From positions 248,001 to 312,000 of the forward strand of contig CDRNVI010000066.1 of the NCBI GenBank assembly GCA_977017575.1: DNA of 64,000 bases. Reading direction: 5' to 3'. The notes under the pieces are model-generated. The model made no database searches. It was given only the letters and a program-made list of their open reading frames with translations, and had not been told where the DNA came from. Made by a program: the position numbers and the translations under genes. Position 1 is the first letter of the stretch. The number at the start of each line of letters is the position of its first letter. The DNA is from Paramoeba atlantica. Its lineage: Eukaryota; Protista; Discosea. Positions 23,632 to 35,965 of the stretch are shown here, piece after piece.

Positions 23632-26180
23632 TATACCTAGTACCCACGCGTACACTACTCTGATATACTACTTCAATGCACACGACACCTGGCCACAGGG
23701 AAACACCAACAACAAAAAAGTGTCAAACATGTGAACAGTTTTTTTGCATATTGTAGTTCAAGAAATGTCTTTAAACAACAATGCATATGCTATGCGACGT
23801 AATTACTGGTCTGTTCTACGCACTATGTCATTTTATTTGTTCTTTAGACTGCTGTTTAACATTATTTTATTCCTCCGAGAAATTCTAATTGATGAGAGGA
23901 CGACCGCCCGTCGCAAACATACCAGTACGCATTCCGAGGCCTCCCCATCGGTCTTCCGCAATCCCTGAAAACCAAACTAATATAATTTCTTCCACCTCGC
24001 AAAGGAATGGACCCTCTTCTATGAACTCTCCTGGCAGCCGGAGCTCCCACGATGACATCCTATCTCAACATGCCAGTCATACCCCGGAGCCTGTACAAGA
24101 TACGGTCGATAGCACAGTGTGTCGGAGCTCTCGGATCAAAAGAGATCAACTTTCTGTACCTTGTTGTTGTTTTTATTTTTATTTTTACTCGTATGAACAC
24201 GCAAAACGCCGAACAAATTATGAAGAGGGGATCAACGCTCGATAAGCCAAAGAAAACCCCCCGTGTGAGAGTTATTATGAGTGCAAAGGAATTATCGCCG
24301 AACTGGGCCGACCACGAGGTACATAGCAACTACCGACGGCCAAGGATAAAATTTTCTGATGCAAGGCCGACCTCACAAGAGTCCGAGAATGATTCCGATG
24401 AGGAGAGAGATTCATCCAAACATCCTGAAGATTGCGAAGGCGCCTCCGATGATACCACAGGCGAAGAATCTGATGTGATGTCGGTGGATGAGGAAGTGAC
24501 GTCGATGGATGGGGAAGTGGGGCAACGCAAAAACGAAGAATTTCCGAAGGCTCCAGATCACATCAACACCATTATCCATGAATGGGGCAAAGGAACGACG
24601 TGCGAACTGAGATGGGGATTCAAAAAAGAGCAGAAATATGCCTCAAAAGGAGTAGTGGTGAAGAGGACTGTCCGAAAAGGTATTGTAAAGCTGAAGGTGG
24701 AATACAAGCCAAGCGACGGAGACAATGGACCCTCTGGTTTTATCTACCTTCCTCCATCTGCAAAAGTGAAAATTTGGTCCATTAAGGCACTGTGTCTAAA
24801 TAAAGTAAAAAACGTCGATGTGTCAATGGAAAACACTGGAAATTCAGAGAACAAGGAGGAGCGAGGCATTGAGGGAACATCTGATTTGGAACCGCTGCCA
24901 AAGATGGCACAAATTGATCCAACGTTTGCCGTCCATGTAATCGCGATTTTTCGTTCCATTATTAAAGCGTACCCGAAGGCTCAGACAGAAGCAGAAAGAA
25001 CTGTTATCTGGCACAAACTCCTCGATACACCACGGGACTCTTTGGCCACAATCCGTCTAAACTACCTACGTCGCCAGAGCTCCGTACAGCGTCGAGGGAG
25101 ACGTGAGTGGGAAACTATCGATACGAACATTACCGAGGAAGAACGACTTGTACAAGAAGTAGACAAACGATCAATTCGAAATGCATTGCAAGCAGCAAAG
25201 GCAGGAAATCTTGGAAAAGCTACCCGCATACTCGACAATGTTTACAAGGACTCTGCTCTTCCACTCTGGGAAAAGGTTGACAAACTTCGAGATCTACACC
25301 CCAAAGGCCCTACACCTCAAACTTCTGATCGAGACTTCCCGCGAATTGCGATATTGGAACCTTCTGAACTTCGTCTAGCGACTGAAAAATTGTCAAAAGG
25401 TGCAGCTCCTGGCCCGACAGGTCTGAGTGAAAGCATGATGCGAATTTTAGTGGAGGACGAAGAATCCTGCCTTTCACTCTGCCACATGCTGAGAGACGTC
25501 ATAAATGGGGAAGTTGCGAAAAGTGTCCGAGTAAGATTAACACGATGCAGAATGATAGCCCTTGCAAAACAATGGAATACGACCGGTTGCAATGGGGGAA
25601 ACGCTGCTAAAAATTTGCGGTTGTATCCTCCTTGAGCGCCATGCGAACTCCTTGTCAGACATATTCCAACCGATCCAAAGAGGCATATTACAAAAGAATG
25701 CATGTGAGTCCATTGTACATGAACTTTTGGAAGAGCATGAAGCTAGAGCCACAATTTTGACGATTGATTTCAAGAATGCATACAATACGCCACAACGTAC
25801 GGCAATAGAAGAAGCGCTCCTTCAATACCCGGTATTCAAACACTTTATGCGAATGTTCTATTTTGAATATGGTCAACCATCGGAACTTTAATTTTTCGCC
25901 AACGACTCATTACATTCCGTGATCGAAAGCTCGTCTGGGGTCCGTCAAGGATCAGCACTCTCTTCGGTTTATTTTTGCGCACTGCTACAAGGTCCTTTGA
26001 AAGAAATTGCGAAGCTCTATCCAGAGGTTACTATCAGAGCCTACCAGGACGATGTGACGATGAGCTCCAAAAATGAGTCGTCTTTGGAAGTTGCGTTCCT
26101 TCACCTCAAAGAACTAGCAAGTGGTCTGAATCTTGAAATTAATTCCCGTAAATGCGAAGTATTCCAAGGCAACAGTTCAA

Positions 26181-26491
26181 GGTAGACTATCATATGCTTT
26201 CATAATGTCTATATACGCAATATAGAGTGGTGTCCGATTTCTTTTTTAAGATTATTTTTGTTTTGCTTTCAGAACTAATAGCCCTTTCTTTTCTAAAGTC
26301 GCACCAACACTATCTCCAACGATGCTTCTCAGTGTCTCGTATGTTACCTCTCTTTTCTTATCTATTTACATCAGCTCCCCAAAAATGACCCAATTTTCTC
26401 AAGTCACTCCTTTAAAGGAGAAACCCAATCCGCTGCGGGTAAATGATGCCGCAGCTGTGTATAAATCGTATTATATTATATTATAAATCGT
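26181..26491 (-). mobile_element. 5'-truncated retrocopy of a CRE-family 3' end
   Basis: 7-bp TSD AGTTCAA (26174-26180 / 26492-26498); 26269-26470 is the reverse complement of ~60262-60460. Confidence 0.85.
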
Positions 26492-27516
26492 AGTTCAACG
26501 AATAATCGAGGGATGGATCTCAAGGAACTTGGGGTGGAAGACTGTGTGGATTCCATCAAGGTCCTAGGAGCATACATCGGGCATAATAAAGCCGTTGAAC
26601 GAAAGCTCTTGGAGAAGTTAGGGAAACATAAATGTTTATTTCGAAGACTTCGCGCTATGGGTCCCAGCAACTTGTCACTAGCGATTCTCAAGCGATGTAC
26701 CATACCCCGTCATGATTACCACCTTCGAGTCCACAAACCTGGAGCTTCGTTTCTTCTTGCCCAGGTGTTTGACGAGGAAATCCATGAGATCTTAAAGAAA
26801 TGGTGTGGTGCAGATAGTGAAGCACTTAAACTCTCTGCCCTCCCATGTAAAATGGGAGGTCTAGGAATCACCTCAACCGTTCTAAAGCAACGCTACTTTT
26901 TCGTCCCTAAAATCTATTGATGAGCGATCAAAACCCATTAATGCTCCGGTAGATAAGGGAGGCAAGAAACAAGCCGACAGCACACGAACGAATTCACAAG
27001 CTGCACGCATTCAGCTAAGAAAGAGCATGAAGAATGAACACGAGAAGACAGCAGCAGAATTGAATGCAATACCGAGATTCCAAAATATCATAAAGCGAAC
27101 GAAGGAGGCGAACAATCACTTAGATTCAACGTGCAACTACGTAAATCCATATCTTTTTCGTTACACTCTAATGATGCGCCTAGGAATTGCTCTAAGTAAT
27201 GTGTCAGGCGAGATTACATGCCCTGGATGTGGAACAATCGAAACATCAAGCAAAATCATTCCTCACGTAGCGGGATGTTCACGATGTGCTGGCATGAATT
27301 GCACGAGAAAACATTCTCATTTGGTACGCTATATTGCCGAAATGTGTTCCAAAGCTGGTCTTCCATGTGCGATCGAACCTCGTATTCATGCGTCCTTTTT
27401 TTGCACCAAATGCAAGTGCTCAATTTCCCCAGAAGAGGCGGAATACCATCCTTGCCGAGCGCGTCGAATTAGATCTGGCCCAGACCTAGCGATTATGTGG
27501 CCAGATGTTGGAGAAA

Positions 27517-28194
27517 TTTCTGTACCTTGTTGACTTTTTCTTTACTACTACTTTAAACTCTTTTATGTCAGTTCCTTCCTCGCGGGCGGCGCAACGTACG
27601 CCGTCGGAGAATCGGCAGACCACTGCAACTGTTAGGAGCACTGGCGTACAGGAGAACAACTTGAACTTCACCGAAGAAGCGAATAGACATGAGATTGGTT
27701 CATGGGACCAGTTCAAAGCCAACGACAAACTCATTAAAGCAACCAGCAACTACGACGAACTCAAGTACACGACCTCCATTCCACAACATATACCCCAGCA
27801 CTGGGCAGAGAAATCAGAGAAAGCCGCTCTCAGCATCGAGAAAAATCCAATCGCAGATACCGGCCAACACAAAGAGTACGGCGAAGAGGCTACTTTCGCG
27901 AGTGTTCAAAGAAACAAAAGCTCAGATCAAGCTCTATCAGACCCCTCCGCATTTAAAATAAAGATCAGAAAAGAAAATACCACACATAAAAACAAAATCC
28001 GCCGCCAAATGGCGGGGGCCGGTGGGTGGGTAACTCGTAGTACTTAGCAAAACTTGAAGACTACTATCAAAATATATAAAATATTTATTTCCATGTATCA
28101 CTATAGAAACTATTCATAAATAAAACGTACAATGCCCGTCGGCCAATTTTCATCACTATAAAGCCCCTCCTAAATTTTCTTCCGTGAACTTCTA
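27517..28194. mobile_element. Composite insert: SL-headed orphan ORF (+) fused to the inverted spacer/A2 end of a family-B VIPER-like element
   Basis: SL remnant 27517-27532, ATG 27565; 28030-28194 is the reverse complement of 52438-52601; 27998-28030 resembles the B-spacer at 37836-37870. Host RLE reads GEI|..DVTVVH across it. Confidence 0.75.
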
Positions 28195-29105
28195 ACGTTA
28201 CCGTGGTACATACGTGCTGCAGCAGCTATGCAAAGCAGAGCAGCAATGCCCTGCTGCAGAGTGCGGAAGAGCGGAAGATAGCAAAATATGTCAAAGAAAA
28301 AGGTCTTGATCCAGAATGCTTTCGCTGCATAGCTGTGACAGATTGTGGAGTACTACATGAAGAGACAAAAGTTTTGCTGAAAACATTGGCGAAAAGAAAT
28401 GATGTTGATTACAAGATTGTACGAGAAGCTTTTCAACTTGAACTGGAAAAATATTCAGCCTATGCAGTCGTCTCTCAATTGCGCCAATATATAGAAACCG
28501 AGAAATGGGTAGGAGGACTCCGTCTTTAAACACTCCTCTGAATATTACATTTTCGCTGCTTTTAACATTTCGTTAATAATGTTTCGTTGCTTTCAGCCTT
28601 TGGTGATTAATAATGTTTCGTTGCTTTCAGCCTTTGGTGATTACTGTTTCGCTGCTTGGTTAGGTTTCAGCCTTTGGTTATTTTTGTTTTGCTGCTTGGT
28701 GATTATTGTTCCGCAGCTTTCAGCTCTTGGTTGTTACTGTTTCGCTGCTTTGGGTTATCACCGTTTCGCTGCTTTGAGTCGTCACTTTTTCGCTGCTTTC
28801 AGCATTCGGCTATTACTATTTTGCTTTTTTGAGTAACATGTGAATAAATAAAGGAACGGAAAACACGTGAAACTATTATTTTGAGTGAATATAATATGTA
28901 ACGTAGCATGGGCCATTAAATATCTAAAGTATATCTCACGGATTTGATGGTGAAAACAAAATAATGCTTAATATCTTGTAACTCGTATAATGAAGCCTTG
29001 GGCTTCCAACAATTCTACGTCACTAGCTGGTAAAAATGATAGTTTACGGTAAGAAATTCAGGCGAGAGCTTATTACGTATAGTTTTAAAAAAAAAATCAA
29101 CTCGA

Positions 29106-30548
29106 TTGACAGAGTTACCGCCGAAGAAAAGCAGAACTCGGTCAAAATCCAAAGTACTTTCAGATGCAGTGGCTCAACGCATTGTAGGGCCCAGCCAGCT
29201 CAGCGTCTCAATTCTCCAGGAATCCCCGCTGAACACTGCACTTAAGAAGGATCGGCGTTCAGGAAACGTGGAGGATCCGCTGAAGTACGGAGACCTATCG
29301 AACTTTTTCTACTATGAGTTATCCTCTTTCAAGCCAAATGGGAGTTTGCCTTCAAAGCTGTGCATTAAGGAAATGGAGCATAGACAAGGGTCGGCGTCCT
29401 TCTTCCGCAAAGACTCCGAAAATCAAAGACGACATGCGGTGTGTCGCTCGTGTGGCATTACCCTTCACAGTAGGTATAAGCAAACATACTATACCCACAA
29501 AAATGAATCTTGTATATATGTATATAAAAATGAATCTTGCAAAGCACTGAAGAAACAACAACAAGGAGGCGCCCATGAATCGCCAAAAACGAACCTCACG
29601 GCTCAAACTTTTCTTTCGAAAGCATTGCCATGCCTCGGAGCACAGACGAATTTATCGACCGAGGGCCCTCTCAAGTTCGTAAGTGCATACGAAGGAGCAC
29701 GCCCTGACATTTCCCCGGACCAAATTATTTCGAAGCTACCGTGCGCCAAAAAATTCCACCTCTCCGAGAAAGGCCTGGCTACCGAAATATGGGAGCTAGT
29801 CCACAAGACGGTTTCTGAAAGCGCCTTCTTTGGTATAGCTGTGGACGGAGGGATCGACAACGTGAAGCATCAAAACATATTAGTCAGTGTTTTGTACGCA
29901 GGAGCCAATTCGTTTGTTCTGCCCCCGATCTATCACAAACGTTACAAAGCGTTTAAAGGGATTGAGATGGCGAAGTCTATCGTTAGTATGCTTCGCAGCG
30001 GGCTAGGTGACGGAGTTCAAAAGCTTCGTTACTTCATGGTCGATGGGTGCGGCGTGAATCACGTTGCACGACAGGCCACTGAGCGTGAACTTCGTGATAT
30101 TTATGATCGAATATCTCCTGTTGGGATTGAGGATGTCACCAACGTGTGTAATGGGATTCGCATGGCTGTACCATGCGTGAAAGAATGATCGTGCTTCGGA
30201 CACATTTTCAACCTGATTGCAAGAGATACTATGGTACCGTATCAACCATTACCCGTTATGTGTCTCAGAGATGCCTTTGCGCATATTTTCTGTTCAGGAG
30301 GAAAACCGAGTGCAAAGAAAAGGAAGTATATGGGACGTGCGATCGAAGAAATCTTGTGCTCCGTGGACGAAGAAACCCGTGATGCTGTGCAACTGCTCTC
30401 TCAATGGTACCAAATTCTGGGGGATATCAATGTGCCCGATGAATTCCGTTCATCTCATGTCAATGATCTTTGCAGTTTATTTTTTTTATTTCTCTTCAGA
30501 CCGCAAACATCTGCCAATGCGTTCAGGAGATGCTTGGTATTCTTATGA
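29106..30548 (+). pseudogene. hAT-like transposase pseudogene
   Basis: Zn-finger AVCRSCG..YYTH, FGIAVDGG, FMVDGCGVN. Reading through the single TGA at 30186-30188 gives SCFGHIFNLIARD (hAT CxxH motif) in frame with 30231-30548. No TIRs were found. Confidence 0.7.
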
Positions 30549-30770
30549 CAGGCCCCTCCTGAAAGAATCGGTAAACACTGAAACTGATGCGGAGGAATTA
30601 AGTCCAAAGCGACGTATTTCTTAACCTTTTTTTATCTTGAGAGAAATCCCTTGAATCAATAAAAACCTACATATAACAATCAACACAGAGAATCGGCGCT
30701 ACCCCCACATATTTGGGGGTTAAAAAAAAATTAGCCTACGCGTCTATGTAAGCTATTAACGGTTACGCTA

Positions 30771-31274
30771 TCAATTTGGAACGGCCTTCGCTATCTGAGA
30801 CGAAAGTATAGTCCCATTTGACTGTTGTAGTTTTATTTTGAAATCCTGTACAACCTCCTCACGCTCACGACCAGAAACGTTGGCCAGGCATTTTAACACG
30901 GTCAAGAGACTTCCATCCAAGGCTCCCCCTGCTAACATTGGCAGGCATATAAAATTTTCGCTCAGGATTAGCCCGGAACTCACGTAAGTTTCAATCTTTC
31001 GTTTTCGTGCGTCCTCCATTAGTTTGGAGCCTTTCTTGCCTAAATTTGTCTTAGACAGCTCATTTACCACTGTTATGTCGTAGTAAATTTCACCTGATGG
31101 CCAATAGATTACCAGGTCTGGTCCACTTCTGTGAAAGGAACCGTACCCACATTTTTTTTGATGCTCGTCTCTCTGTTTGTCGCTGACAGATTCTCCGCAC
31201 TTTAAGCACTGGTAGGATGTGAACTTTGCAGCGCTCTTGAAATTACTAAAAATGTATGTGTAGAGCCTGTGCAA
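30771..31274 (-). mobile_element. 3' fragment (RLE) of a second CRE-like family
   Basis: CLKCGESVSDKQRDEHQKKC..SGPDLVIYWPSGEIYYDITVVN..ARKRKIETY. Confidence 0.8.
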
Positions 31275-34200
31275 TCTCTTCTTGTGACGTTACGCGGGAA
31301 TGGTACCTTTGAGGAAAAGCACTTTGAACTTGAATTCGATCAGGAACACATTTTGTGTCATGACGACTCCGTACCTGAAACATTCAACCCACAGGCATCA
31401 ACTTCACCAAACAGATGTGAAAACAACGACACGGTCTTGAACTGCGACACAATAGAGCTAATAAAAACTATCAACCCTACAACAGATTTTCCGATCCCAA
31501 GTCACGAAATATGGAATATTTCTCGATGTGATTTTTTTTAAACATAAACATAAACATAACCATAACCCTCTTGGTAACACAAGTTTACAATATGCGCCAA
31601 TTAGACTCGGCAACTATGTTAATCTCTGATCCTCAGTGTTGACGATGGTGGCTAAAATAGTTTCTCTTCCTCAGGACCAGATATCGTCATATACTGGAAT
31701 ACGGGAGCTGTTTTCTACGACTTAACTTTTTTTTTTTTATTAATTTGTTCTTTGTTACCCGGGTCGCGATCCCATGCCCACATCCGTTGAAGAGCAAAAT
31801 CCGACCTTCGAGGAGGAGGCGTCGTCTCACACACTTGGGTCCTGGGATCAATTTGCAGCAAACAAATCTTTGTGTCTATAGAAAATCCTTTTATAAATAA
31901 AATATCCTTTTTTTTTTGACGAAGGTAACTATATTTAGATATATTCGCCATCATTTGTGCAAAGGGGCGATTATTCGAAAATTTTGATTTTGCTAATTTT
32001 TTTTTCTAATTATGTAAAGGGAAGGGTGGTGGTCCAAAATTTTCGAGTTGCAAAGCATGCATTTTCCTGTCTGATTAAAAACGAGAGGGAGATCATCTCT
32101 TTTGGTCCACTGTCTGAACTTATATGGTGTATTGTTCTTCCTTGTCGGGAGTTAAATATTTTTGCATCCGCAAAGTAAAGCAAAAGCTTTATTAACTTTT
32201 GCAAAAAGTTTTAACTTATGGAAATTGTTTCTAATGTTTCTGTACCTTGTTGACTTTTTTTTACTATCTCTCTCACGCATTATGCAGCAGCGAGTGCTTG
32301 TCATCCACAGTGGAACTGTGCAGGATAATGACTCAGTCTTCACCTTCGGTTCGGCGAAAGAGCAGGTGTGTGATACGGAACAAAAATCTGTTTCGCAACC
32401 GCGCACGCGAAGAGGTGGACCCATCACAGTACAAACTTTGGACGACATTGGTTTTGGAAAACGTAAGAAAAAGCATCGCCGGCCAGTGTGGCGTCCGCTC
32501 GACCTTGATCCAACTAAAGAGGGAAATTCCACCGGTTCTGACAGTGAGAAACGTGAAATGCCACGCAAAGTGTCCAGGAGCCGCGTTCCGGATTCGCCGC
32601 AACCCAAAAGTTTGGGAAAAGCAGAGAAGCCGAGTGCGAAAACGAAAAGCCAAAATAAAGGGCAAAAAGGCGAGATTATGGGGAAGGAGGACGCGCAAAA
32701 GAAGGATCAACACTCATTCGAGAGCAAGAGTCTACAAAGCCCACCTCCCCCAGTAAATATACAAGACAACTGGACGAAACAAGGACGGGGCGTTTCCAAA
32801 CAAGAAAACAATGAAATATCCGAATCCAAGCACCAGACGCCCTCGACTGTGAAGGGACATAATCCACGAGAACGTGCGCCAGTTGAACACCTTGTACCTC
32901 AAGAACGCGATTCAGACATAGAGGCCGATGCTGAGTACTGTGACTCGTCGGAAGATAACGAAAATGCAGGAAACTCGCCCATAGCTCCCGACCACGTTCT
33001 TCGGAAAATCTCGGATTGGGGTAAAGGAACGACGTGTGCAGTACGGTGGTGTTTTCGAAACTCTCAGAATCGAATCTACGAATCGATTGGTGAAGTTGTT
33101 TCCAGAAAACTGCGAAAGAAAGCGTTGAACATCAAAATTTCGTACCATCCAGCCCCTGACGAAGCCGGGCCCTCTGGAAATCTTTATCTTCCCCAGTCGA
33201 CGAAAATCAAGGTTTTCGGCATCCGAGCAACTCATCTACGCCGTGTTCCAGATTGTGAAGTTTCAACGACGATATGCGCGGCAGAAGATGCGGACGACAC
33301 AGATCACGGGTGTGACCTAGAGCCTTTGCCTTCTTTCTCCCAGATCGATCCGACGTTTTCTGTGCATGTGGTAGCTATTTTCCGTTCGATCATAAGAGAC
33401 TATCCGAGACTTAAACTATCCTCAGAAAAAGATGCATTATGGCAAAAATTCCTCAACGCCCCACGAGACTCACTAGTAAGCGTGCGGAAAGCTATCCAAA
33501 GACGGGAAAGCATCCCGCATAGCCATAAGAGCGCCAATGCCAAGGAAAATGTATTTTTATCCAAAGAGGAGGTAAAGGAGCTCGAAGTTGACCGCCGCTC
33601 AATACGCAACGCTCTCCATGCAGCTCGTGCAGGAAATTTAAGTAAAGCAACCAGAGTCCTGGACAGCGTTTATGTAGACTCCCAACTCAACGTGGACGAA
33701 AAAGTGCGAAAATTGAAAGACCTTCATCCCACAGGTGATCCACCACCTGCGTCATCAGTAGAATACCCACGGGCTGGCGTAATCGAGATGGACGAGGTTC
33801 GCTCAGCGGTAAACAAACTCGCGCATGGAGCAGCCCCAGGCCCGACGGGATTGAGCGAAAACATCCTCCGCTTACTGGCTGATGACGTGGTATGTTGTTC
33901 AGGTTTGTGCCACATGATTAGAGATGTCATCAACGGAGAAATAAGCACATCAGTTCGCAACCGTCTGACACGTTGTAGAATCATCGCCTTAGCAAAGCCG
34001 AATAACGGGGTAAGACCGATAGCGATGGGTGACACAATGCTCAAAATAAGTGGCTCAATCCTGCTGCAACGTCATGAAGACTCGTTGAAAAGGTTCTTCC
34101 ACCCTATGCAACGTGGTGTCTTAGAAAAAAATGCATGTGAAGGAATCGTTCACGAGCTTCTTGATGACTACAGCAACGGACACACTATTCTTTCGGTAGA

Positions 34201-35004
34201 TTACACCAACGCATATAACACTGCACAGCGCTCAGCAATTGCTCAATCCCTACAGGCGCACAAAGTTTTCAAGCCGTTTATGCGCATGTTTTATTGCGAA
34301 TACGGAAATCCCTCGGACCTGCTCTTTTTTGCCAACAATCGACTACATTCTATACTTCAGAGCACTTCCGGAGCGCGGCAAGGCTCAGCTCTTTCCTCTC
34401 TGTATTTTTGTTCACTAATACAAGGTGCGTTGGTGGAAGTCTCTGATCTTTTTCCAGAAGTGAAAATTAGAGCATACATGGATGACGTTACATTGTCCTC
34501 AAAAAATCGCATCTCACTGGAAGCCGCGTTCTTACATCTCAGAGAGCTATCCACTGACCTTGGCCTGCACATAAATTATTCAAAATCAGAATGGTTCAAC
34601 GCTGAGAGCAGTAAGAATCGGAACAGTCATCCTGATGCTCTTCGCTCCCTAGGCGTCACCCATTCTGACAAGACAATCAAAATCCTTGGAGCCTACATCG
34701 GGGATCACCAAGAGGTCAGCTCACTTCTGGTCAAAAAACTAAAGAAGCACCAATGCCTGTTCCGTAGGCTTCGTCGAATGGGGCCCAGCAACATTTCACT
34801 GGCTGTACTGCAACGCTGTGCGCTCCCACGTCATGATTATCACCTGCGTGTACACCGTCCAGAAGACTCGCTTCTTATGGCCCAAAAATTTGATGAACAA
34901 GTTAATGATATTGTGTCGCACTGGTTCTTTGCTGATCCTATCTCTATCAAGCTATCGTCACTTCCACAACACCTAGGAGGACTTGGTTTGACACCGTCAA
35001 CATT

Positions 35005-35965
35005 GATGATGATGATGTATTGGGCCTTTTGACTCCGAAGAGTTATGGCCCCTCAACTCCCCAAACGGGCAGTCCGAATACGTCTTGCGACGTATCCGGA
35101 GAGCCAGCCATAGCAAGCTACGGCTGACCTCCGCTTGGAGAGGAGTTAGGTTACAGCTAGGGAGGTGGGGTGCGCTATACCCCTGCGTCTTAGGTAATGC
35201 AAATAAGGCGCCCCTTGACCAAAAAAAAACCACTCTATCTTTTGAGGGTGGATATAAAAAAAAACACATCACACATTCCAAAAATTTGACCGAATGGCAC
35301 CCACCCTAGTTTCTTAGTACCTTGTTATATATTCGGTACCGGGCGGTGCCACCCATTCTGCATTGTCGGAATGGCATCTACCCTAATTATTTAGTGCCTC
35401 GTTTTGCTGGCACCGGGTAGTGTCGTCCATATTGTTTTCATCGTGCTCACCCTAGCTATTTAGCGTCTTGTTATGCGACGCCGGGTGAGTTAGCTCGGGA
35501 GGCTGGGATCGCTAAGTCCCATCATCCGACATACAACGTAAGCCGGATGCCCTGACCTGGGGTGACTCAGAGGTTCCTATGCTTGACCCTTTTTGATTCT
35601 GACGGTCGTTCAACCTTTGGGTCACTTCCATCGTCATGGAGCGCAATATCTTCATTTCATTCCGTACTTCCGCATCACGTTTTCCAAACTCTTTTTGAAG
35701 ATTTTCTTGCGCAGTTGAAACTTTCTTTACGTCCGTACGAAATTCGGAAATCTGCTGTAATATTATCTGTAAAGTTTGATTAATGTTCGAATCTTCCCCC
35801 GTACCCACAGTAACGCTATCTCCACCACAAGGCTGAACCATAACAGGTTCTTCAGAGAGCGGGCCCGACTCAGGTGCAGCTTGAGACGAATCCGCCAGTT
35901 GAGAACGCGTTGAAACCATAAAATTTTTAAACTATGAGTAGTGAAAAAAGGCCAATCAACAAGGT
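35005..35965 (-). mobile_element. SL-headed retrocopy with (CAT)4 tail and 14-bp TSD
   Basis: TSD ACACCGTCAACATT (34991-35004 / 35966-35979); minus strand starts GTACCTTGTTG (35967-35957); ORF 35919-35512; 3' end CATCATCATCATC. Confidence 0.88.
35512..35919 (-). CDS. Orphan 135-aa ORF with predicted coiled coil (ORF1/gag N-terminus-like)
   Basis: ATG 38 nt after the SL remnant; heptad-like LQIILQQISEFRTDVKKVSTAQENLQKEF. Confidence 0.45.
   Translation of the reverse strand: MVSTRSQLADSSQAAPESGPLSEEPVMVQPCGGDSVTVGTGEDSNINQTLQIILQQISEFRTDVKKVSTAQENLQKEFGKRDAEVRNEMKILRSMTMEVTQRLNDRQNQKGSSIGTSESPQVRASGLRCMSDDGT

Larger units (their letters stand above)
19310..23750. repeat. 119-bp inverted duplication (19310-19428 / 23632-23750)
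   Basis: The two segments are reverse complements; the right copy begins exactly at the Tc1 TA target site. Confidence 0.85.
24151..28850 (+). mobile_element. Full-length but disrupted CRE-clade RT-RLE retrotransposon (copy 1)
   Basis: SL remnant 24151-24166, ATG 24193; GAAPGPTGLSE, TIDFKNAYNT, GVRQGSALSS, AYQDDVT, CPGCG..HVAGC, GPDL..TVVH. Frameshifts near 25570 and 26905, stop near 25889, inserts at 26181-26491 and 27517-28194; repeat-rich 3' UTR. Confidence 0.9.
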
